Shown piece by piece: positions 25,899 to 32,000 of a stretch of 32,000 bases of DNA. Below the pieces are notes generated by a model that saw only the letters and a list, made by a program, of their open reading frames with translations, ran no database searches and was not told the origin of the DNA. The DNA is taken from assembly GCF_900232105.1 (NCBI RefSeq), contig NZ_LT934425.1, forward strand, positions 2,880,001 through 2,912,000. The letters run 5' to 3'. This DNA is from Candidatus Kuenenia stuttgartensis. GTDB lineage: Bacteria > Planctomycetota > Brocadiia > Brocadiales > Brocadiaceae. Every line of letters begins with the position of its first letter. Position 1 is the stretch's first letter. The translations under genes and the position numbers were made by a program.

Positions 25899-26924
25899 AT
25901 GAAGACAGGAGTAGTGAAAATAGGATTAGTTGCGGCCCTGGGGGTAGTGGGGCTGATATCGGCGGGCGGCGTATATGCCGGTCAGCCGCGGGTAATTTCC
26001 ACGATCCAGACGGGAGCTACGTGGGAACCGCTGGGAAGGGAAGAACCTTTGACGGTGCCGGAAGTGCATTTTCGTGTAAAGCATTCACCTTTTAAGAGTG
26101 AGCTGGTAAGATACGGGCAGTTCCAGTTTAACGATGCAGCGTGGAGTTTGCAGGGATCATACTCATGCGCCAGTTGTCATTATGAGAGAGGCCAGACAAC
26201 CGGTTTGATTTGGGATTTGGGAGATGAAGGATGGGGTAGCTGGAAGAACACGAAGTATATTCGTGGCGGCCGATATCTTCCTCCGTTCAGGCATGAGGGG
26301 TTCACTGGTCATCCTGATGAAATAGTAGGGGCAACCAGTTCACTTGACAGGGTATGTGGAAGGGATCCTGGATTTGTGTTCAGGAGTGAGAATTTTTCTC
26401 CGATGAGATTAGAGGCGCTCATTTGTTACATCAGGGCGTTGGAATTTACCGGGAGTCCATTCAGGAATGCGGATGGGAGTTTAACCGAAGCCCAGAAGAG
26501 GGGTCAGAAGATATTTGAGGATCCGAAGGTAGGATGTCTTGAGTGTCATCCTGGCGATCCGATGGATCCGAGGGCATTGTTCAGTGATGCACAGACGCAT
26601 GATGTAGGAACCGGCAGGGTAGGTGTAAATGGTTTCAGGTCAACACCTGGGAAGGTATTTAACATATCGGCGTTAGAGGCAGGTGAGGATCCATATGGTG
26701 TTGAGAGCAACACGCCGATCATTGGATTGGATCTTGTGAAGGAATTTGATACGCCGACATTGAGAGACATCTATGCATCAGGCACCTATTTCCATGATGG
26801 TGGTGCAAGGACATTGATGGACACCATAAACAACACGGTAAATGATAAGGACATGCATGGAAGGACGTCTCATTTAAAGCAGCAGGAGCTCCAGGATTTG
26901 GTGGAGTACCTGAAGGCGTTATAA
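25899..26924 (+). CDS. Di-heme cytochrome c peroxidase / MauG-like protein
   Basis: Two heme motifs CASCH and CLECH, FDTPTLRDIYASGTYFHDGGARTLMDTI, QQELQDLVEYLKAL; signal peptide after MKTGVVKIG; RBS TTAGGAGG. Confidence 0.88.
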   Translation: MKTGVVKIGLVAALGVVGLISAGGVYAGQPRVISTIQTGATWEPLGREEPLTVPEVHFRVKHSPFKSELVRYGQFQFNDAAWSLQGSYSCASCHYERGQTTGLIWDLGDEGWGSWKNTKYIRGGRYLPPFRHEGFTGHPDEIVGATSSLDRVCGRDPGFVFRSENFSPMRLEALICYIRALEFTGSPFRNADGSLTEAQKRGQKIFEDPKVGCLECHPGDPMDPRALFSDAQTHDVGTGRVGVNGFRSTPGKVFNISALEAGEDPYGVESNTPIIGLDLVKEFDTPTLRDIYASGTYFHDGGARTLMDTINNTVNDKDMHGRTSHLKQQELQDLVEYLKAL

Positions 26925-27003
26925 GAGAGAAGTGTATGAATGTGTAGTATAAGCGATAAAAATTTAAGGACAATAAGTGAAAGGAGAAGGCCAATAGATG
27001 GGT

Positions 27004-27061
27004 AAAAGGTGTTAAACACGGGGGCATATCCATGGCAACTACGGGAAAGGGGATTTTGTAA
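27004..27061 (+). pseudogene. nikR 3' end fragment at duplication junction
   Basis: Identical to 19831-19888 (AAAAGGTGTTAAACACGGGGG...GGGATTTTGTAA); rest of nikR absent. Confidence 0.95.
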
Positions 27062-27194
27062 ATATGGCCTTTTCTAATCAAGCCCGGATTTCTGCACTAT
27101 GCTTGCATAGCGGCAAACATGGATACAATGAGAACGGGTTTCCTTCTGCCATTGCAAAAAAACATCCCGGAATATTCGTGATATTATTTTTTTT

Positions 27195-27211
27195 GTGCTA
27201 TGCAATAGCAC
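27195..27211. promoter_or_regulatory. Second copy of palindromic operator candidate
   Basis: GTGCTATGCAATAGCAC, offset 7173 from 20022. Confidence 0.45.
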
Positions 27212-27252
27212 GAGTATATTATACGTACTACTGGTAACCGGAGGAGACATTT

Positions 27253-27858
27253 TTGCATATTAGCGACGGAGTACTTTCTCCCTACATTGTCATTACCGGA
27301 TGGGCTGTTGCAGCCCCTTCGTTAGCGATGTCGGTAAAAAGCCTGAAACCTGACAAAGTCGGTGCATACGGAGTAATTGCCGCTGTTTTTTTTGCAGGTT
27401 CGACAATCCACATACCCCTTGGACCTTTCAGCATGCATCTTGTCCTCAATGGTATTGCAGGACTTTTACTGGGATGGAGCGCTGTAACCGTAATAACGGT
27501 AGGCCTTTTGCTGCAGGCTTTGTTCCTTGGTTTTGGAGGATTGACTGTGTTGGGGGTAAATATTGCTGTTATGGCGTTGCCTGGCGCGATTATCGGCATG
27601 CTTGGACGCCATTGGATGAAACAGTTTTCAGCGAAAAAACGGCCATGGATAGGATCGTTCGCGGGTGGCGGTGCTGTATGTATTTCGTCCGTTTTACTCT
27701 TTGTTGCGCTTTCTACAACCCATGCGGCGCTGGCGCCCCTTGCCAAACTGGTTTTTTGGGGACATGTTCCTGTCATACTTGTTGAAGGCGTTATCAGTTA
27801 TTGGCTGGTACACTTTTTGCAAAAAGCAAAACCTTCGTTATTAGGAATTTTACATTGA
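27253..27858 (+). CDS. cbiM: CbiM, second copy
   Basis: Protein identical to 20080-20685. Confidence 0.93.
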   Translation: MHISDGVLSPYIVITGWAVAAPSLAMSVKSLKPDKVGAYGVIAAVFFAGSTIHIPLGPFSMHLVLNGIAGLLLGWSAVTVITVGLLLQALFLGFGGLTVLGVNIAVMALPGAIIGMLGRHWMKQFSAKKRPWIGSFAGGGAVCISSVLLFVALSTTHAALAPLAKLVFWGHVPVILVEGVISYWLVHFLQKAKPSLLGILH

Positions 27859-28271
27859 AAGCTTTCTTATTCGTTTTTTTTTGTATCTTTTTTTCGGTGC
27901 CTTTAGCGGTATATGCACACGGACTTTCTCTTTTTTCTAAGGAGAAAACATTGTATGCATCTTACAGCGATCATACACCTGCCTCAGGAGCAAAGGTTGT
28001 TCTTGTGGATGCAAATGGCGTAATAATTCTTCAGGATAAAATGGATGAAAAGGGGATATGGAAGTTGCCGGAGAATTTGGAAACAATACCTCACTTAATC
28101 ATTGTAGATGATTCCGGAGGTCATCGTGCAATGATAACATGGGAGGAATTTCTTAAAGAACGCCCAAAGGGGTTGTTAGACATTTTAAGTATCCGCGTGG
28201 TAATTGGAGTCATGTTCATTATCGGCGGCGGTTATGCCATACAACGGTTTTTATTAAAAAAAAAGACATAA
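27855..28271 (+). CDS. CbiN-like component, second copy, full-length ORF
   Basis: Continuous ORF through DEKGIWKLPENLETIPHLIIVDDSGGHRAMITWEEF..., 1 nt shorter than copy 1. Confidence 0.65.
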   Translation: MKAFLFVFFCIFFSVPLAVYAHGLSLFSKEKTLYASYSDHTPASGAKVVLVDANGVIILQDKMDEKGIWKLPENLETIPHLIIVDDSGGHRAMITWEEFLKERPKGLLDILSIRVVIGVMFIIGGGYAIQRFLLKKKT

Positions 28272-28991
28272 TGCCATTTTGCAAACTACAAAAATTGAAA
28301 TTGCCGCCGGCTTCTACCCGCACAGGAACGATACTGGTTTTGCTTGTACTGGTGGGTATAGGTTTGCTGAATAATTTTGGGCCTCTTGTTGTTTGCCTGT
28401 TTATGGTGTTATTGTTTGGTGTATTCACAGTTGGAAACATATTCATTGTTGTATGCCATGCAAAAGGAGTCTGGGTTTTTTTCCCTTCTCACCGGTGTAA
28501 GCCTTTTGCTAACAAAAGAGGGCAGAGCGCTTGCCCCAATCCTCATGGTCAAAATGTTTTCAATGTGGTTGTGGAGTGTAATCTGGATTAAATGGGTGGG
28601 ATTTGAACGTATTTTGTCAACCTTAGAGAAAATGGGAATACCGGCAATTTTGTTAAATGTCATTGCATTTACCACGCGTTTTTTACCTATTATGGGGGAA
28701 CGGATAAAAATGACGTTTGCCGCACAGTCTTCACGCGGTGCAAAAAAGGGGTTGCGTTCCCTGCAATTACGAAACCTTGCCGGGGGGATTGGCAGTGTGC
28801 TTTTGTCTAGTTTTGAGCAATCTGAAAATGTTGAACGTGCAATGCAATCACGCGGATTTTGCGGAACATATACTATCAGCACAGACAAAGACGAAGCGCC
28901 CTCGTATGTTGTTTTGTCTCTGATGTTTTTAATGGCTTTTTTAATTTGGACCGGAGTGATTTGCGATGTCCTGTGTGGTAAGTGTTTATAA
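28271..28991 (+). pseudogene. cbiQ: cbiQ, second copy, frameshifted at a poly-T tract
   Basis: T6 at 21304-21309 in copy 1 is T7 at 28476-28482 in copy 2, splitting the gene into ORFs 28271-28591 and 28377-28991. Confidence 0.85.
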
Positions 28992-29694
28992 CGTTACGTT
29001 TCTTTATCCGAATGGTGTGCAGGCGATATCAGGATTATCATTTTCCGTTCACCAACATGAAAAGGTGGGTCTGATCGGGCCTAGTGGCGCTGGCAAAACA
29101 ACCCTTTTTTGGCACTTAAACGGGCTTTTAAGACCACATTCGGGAGAAGTTCGTGTTTTGGACAAACCGCTTACCGGACTCAAAAATATTAATGAAGTTC
29201 GGAAGCATGTCGCCCTTACTTTTCAGCAGGTAAACGATCAGCTTTTTTGTTCTTCCGTCTGGGAGGAAATTGCATTTGGACCGAAAAATTTGTATTGGCC
29301 AAAGCAGCAGGTGGCAGACACGGTGGAAAAGTGGCTGGCGTATTTTGAATTAAATGATGTTCGGGAACGGCCGCCGCATCATTTATCGGGAGGGCAGAAG
29401 CGCAGGGTTGCACTGGCGGCAGCTATGGCGATGGAACCCGATTTGTTAATCCTCGATGAACCCGCAAACGACCTGGACCACCGTCATAGACGTAAATTAA
29501 TAACCTATCTGAAAGGATTAAGAATTGCTCTTCTGGTGGCCTCACATGATTTACGCCTGATAGAGGAATTGACCGAACGGTGCATTCTTATGGATAAAGG
29601 CAGGATTGTTGCAGACAAAACTACCGTTGAGTTGGTACATAATGAAGGTATTTTAAAAAAGTACGGGATGGAGGCAATACCGATAAAAGAATAA
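28966..29694 (+). CDS. cbiO: CbiO, second copy
   Basis: Protein identical to 21793-22521; one silent difference (CCA at 22288-22290 versus CCC at 29461-29463). Confidence 0.95.
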   Translation: MSCVVSVYNVTFLYPNGVQAISGLSFSVHQHEKVGLIGPSGAGKTTLFWHLNGLLRPHSGEVRVLDKPLTGLKNINEVRKHVALTFQQVNDQLFCSSVWEEIAFGPKNLYWPKQQVADTVEKWLAYFELNDVRERPPHHLSGGQKRRVALAAAMAMEPDLLILDEPANDLDHRHRRKLITYLKGLRIALLVASHDLRLIEELTERCILMDKGRIVADKTTVELVHNEGILKKYGMEAIPIKE

Positions 29695-29774
29695 ATATTT
29701 TTTTAATTATGGTGGCACGATAGTAATAAGTGTGCTATTTAATTCCCTTTATTTTGTTAAAAGGAGTTCTTGTG

Positions 29775-30782
29775 ATGAACAATCGTTTTTTTTACAGTTT
29801 TATTCTTATACTTTTTTTCTGTTGCGCAAGTAACGCTGGAAAAGTGTATGCCCATCATGGAGGCGTTTCTACCGCCTTTGGCCCTGGCGCACCTGTTGAA
29901 ACTGCATCGCCTATGACTCTCGGGAAAGGGAAATTTTTGCTTTACGAAAAAATAGAATTTGCGTCTTTTGAACAAAAGAACCATGCTGACCCTGAAAACA
30001 TTGAAAACTTTACCTTCTTTAACACATTAGCCGGCTATGGCATTACTGACTATTTATCCCTCTATCTTGTGATGCCTTATGCTATTAAAGAACAAGACTC
30101 CTTAGGCACATCGAAGGGGTTTGGTGATGCTGGATTTTTAGTACAATACGGTTTTAAGTACGGCGAGAGAAACGGGATTCGGGGTTTTTATAATAACGGC
30201 CCGGAAGATACTATTGGAGAAAGTTACACGACTAATGATCTGAAAATGTCGGTTTTAGGGGGTTTTACTGTTCAGACCGGTGATATTACAAACGAAGATA
30301 ATAATGGCAACAGGTTTGACATGGGCATGCAGACAGGTTTTGCCGCGCCAACGTTTATGACAGGTTTCTCCGCATCAAAAATGCTTTTTCAGCACTTTAC
30401 TCTTACCGGGGAGACATCATTTACCACCTTTACCCGTCATGATGACGGTAAACCTGGAAATGAGATCCGTTTCAATCTGGCCGGAGGGTATGAAATATTT
30501 GAAAATCCTCAGGGATTTTTCCAAAGGGTAGATATTATTACTGAATCAAACTTCCTCCATCTGACAAAAGATGAAGACGAACACCATCACGATGAAGATG
30601 ACAGCGGGGGAACGATTCTGTATCTTTCACCTGGCTTTCGCGTTTCTCTTAAGAAAAATATCAGTATCGGAGGGCTTCTGAAATTTCCCGTATGGAAGGA
30701 TTTGAACAGGGAATCGGAGCAACAGGGCGCTGAAGGACTTGAACACTATAGGGCAATTCTCACCGTGACATATTCTTTTTAA
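29775..30782 (+). CDS. Putative outer-membrane protein with His/Asp-rich loop, second copy
   Basis: Identical to 22602-23609. Confidence 0.75.
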   Translation: MNNRFFYSFILILFFCCASNAGKVYAHHGGVSTAFGPGAPVETASPMTLGKGKFLLYEKIEFASFEQKNHADPENIENFTFFNTLAGYGITDYLSLYLVMPYAIKEQDSLGTSKGFGDAGFLVQYGFKYGERNGIRGFYNNGPEDTIGESYTTNDLKMSVLGGFTVQTGDITNEDNNGNRFDMGMQTGFAAPTFMTGFSASKMLFQHFTLTGETSFTTFTRHDDGKPGNEIRFNLAGGYEIFENPQGFFQRVDIITESNFLHLTKDEDEHHHDEDDSGGTILYLSPGFRVSLKKNISIGGLLKFPVWKDLNRESEQQGAEGLEHYRAILTVTYSF

Positions 30783-30852
30783 GGACGCCAACCCTGGCAG
30801 GGTTTTCTGGTCAATAATACCTTAAACCATTTATAGAGAAGGAGGAAAAATT

Positions 30853-31422
30853 ATGCTAAAAACACGAATATGGAAAAAGCAGATGATTGCAATACTTTTT
30901 TGGGCTTGTTGTACATTTCTGTCTCATCAAAAATGCATATTTGCACATGAAGGCCATGACCACTGGAGTAATACCCCTATAACCATTAAAAGATCGACAG
31001 TAGTGCATTTGCAGTCGCTATTGGAATCATATGATCTTCTCTACAAAAAACTTATAGAGAAAGATATCCAAAATATTCCTGTATTGGCGCAAAATATTAT
31101 GGATGCTGCGCAACAGGGTGTTCAAACTGAAAATAAAGGTGAGGGGCGTTATATGATGGAACATATTTTTCAGCATGCGATATCTCTTAAAGAATGTGAA
31201 ACCCTGGAAAATGCAAAAGAATCTTTAGGGTTAATAAGCCGTGAACTGTTTCCGTTCTTTATTGCATGGCCAATGCAGCTTAAAGAAAACAAGTTAAGGC
31301 TTTATCATTGTAAAAATGATGAAAAATACTGGTTTCAGGCAGAAAATAGCGCTCCAAATTGCCCTTATGCTCACGATGAATTATCAACATGCATTATTAT
31401 TGAGGAAGTAGCGTATAAATGA
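30853..31422 (+). CDS. Small periplasmic HEGHDHW protein, second copy
   Basis: Identical to 23680-24249. Confidence 0.6.
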   Translation: MLKTRIWKKQMIAILFWACCTFLSHQKCIFAHEGHDHWSNTPITIKRSTVVHLQSLLESYDLLYKKLIEKDIQNIPVLAQNIMDAAQQGVQTENKGEGRYMMEHIFQHAISLKECETLENAKESLGLISRELFPFFIAWPMQLKENKLRLYHCKNDEKYWFQAENSAPNCPYAHDELSTCIIIEEVAYK

Positions 31423-31859
31423 ATTGAACGACCATCTTTGCTTTAGAAAAACATGACAGTCTTATGACACCGTGTGCCCATAATTGGTCACTGTTTATAT
31501 CAAGCCTTGCAGGATAGATGCGACTTTGTGTCTTAAGAAAAAAAACCGATGCGTGACCATTTATAGTCTTTCTGCGTTCTCATGTACTAATTGCATCTTT
31601 TTTGTGCTGTAATCGTAACATATTTAACAGTAGTAGCTTGTGCTTTCTTTGGTTGTGGTGGTCGTGTTGTTTTTTTCGAAATGGCGCACTTCTTGCTAAG
31701 TGTTGTTACATACAAAGTGTTTTGTTGTGTATTATTTTGCGCAGAATTTTTTACGGAAGGGGGGTGAATGTACGGACGCATTTAAGTGTAAAAGCAGAAA
31801 TTTTCGTGAGTTAGGATTGAGCAGATGTTATGAATTTTGAAGGAGGTAAGCGAAGAATT

Positions 31860-32000
31860 ATGATACGAAAGGGAATGATAGGAGCGGTGATGCTTGGAGC
31901 TGCGGTAGCGATAAGTGGCGGAGTAGCGACTGCGGGGTATATACAGGGTACGCATGTAAAGACGGATTTACCCGGGCCGTTTCACATAACGATGTCGCCG
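31860..32000 (+). CDS. YVTN beta-propeller, second copy, truncated by window end
   Basis: Same sequence as 24687-24827 (MIRKGMIGAVMLGAAVAISGGVATAGYIQG...). Confidence 0.9.
   Translation, partial: MIRKGMIGAVMLGAAVAISGGVATAGYIQGTHVKTDLPGPFHITMSP

Larger units (their letters stand above)
19831..27003. repeat. Direct tandem duplication, unit 1 (7173 bp)
   Basis: 19831 onward (AAAAGGTGTTAAACACGGGGGCATATCC...) is repeated from 27004 with a constant offset of 7173 nt, apart from a few differences, to the end of the window. Confidence 0.97.
27004..32000. repeat. Direct tandem duplication, unit 2 (partial, continues beyond window)
   Basis: Near-identical to 19831-24827; begins with the last 58 bp of nikR fused downstream of the di-heme peroxidase gene. 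Confidence 0.97.

Noticed and set aside
19831-32000. Interpretation of the duplication as a composite transposon
   Set aside because: No insertion sequence or terminal inverted repeat was seen at 19831 or at 27003/27004; the junction looks like a simple tandem duplication.

Overview
The window looks like a chromosomal segment of a Planctomycetota bacterium, probably an anammox (Kuenenia-like) organism. That assignment is an inference from protein style, not from a database search. It has four parts. (1) ~1-2.0 kb: the end of trpB and an intact trpA, then a 161-bp inverted-repeat element and a small conserved ORF. (2) ~2.2-11.5 kb: a pile-up of mobile elements, with a truncated IS1634-like transposase, a four-gene + strand module, an IS1380-like remnant, an intact IS1634-family transposase, a truncated DDE transposase fragment and an ISL3-family IS with clear terminal inverted repeats. 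The four-gene module encodes a Zn-finger/HTH protein, a Mu/IS481-like DDE transposase split over two frames, an ExeA/TnsC-like AAA+ ATPase and a CHC2 Zn-finger protein. It carries leader hairpins that could sequester Shine-Dalgarno sequences. (3) ~11.7-19.2 kb: ordinary chromosomal genes, including a coiled-coil lipoprotein, TPR proteins, mgtE, a DUF362/ferredoxin protein and an M50 metalloprotease. (4) 19.4 kb to the window end: nikR followed by a CbiM/CbiN-like/CbiQ/CbiO uptake cluster, a His/Asp-rich outer-membrane protein, a small periplasmic protein, a YVTN-type beta-propeller and a MauG-like di-heme peroxidase. This last block lies in a near-perfect direct tandem duplication with a 7173-bp unit. 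The junction is visible at 27003/27004 and the second copy runs off the window. The few differences between copies create different frame lesions in the CbiN-like and cbiQ genes. No CRISPR array, rRNA or tRNA was recognised. The best candidates for follow-up are the four-gene transposition module and the tandem metal-uptake/redox duplication.
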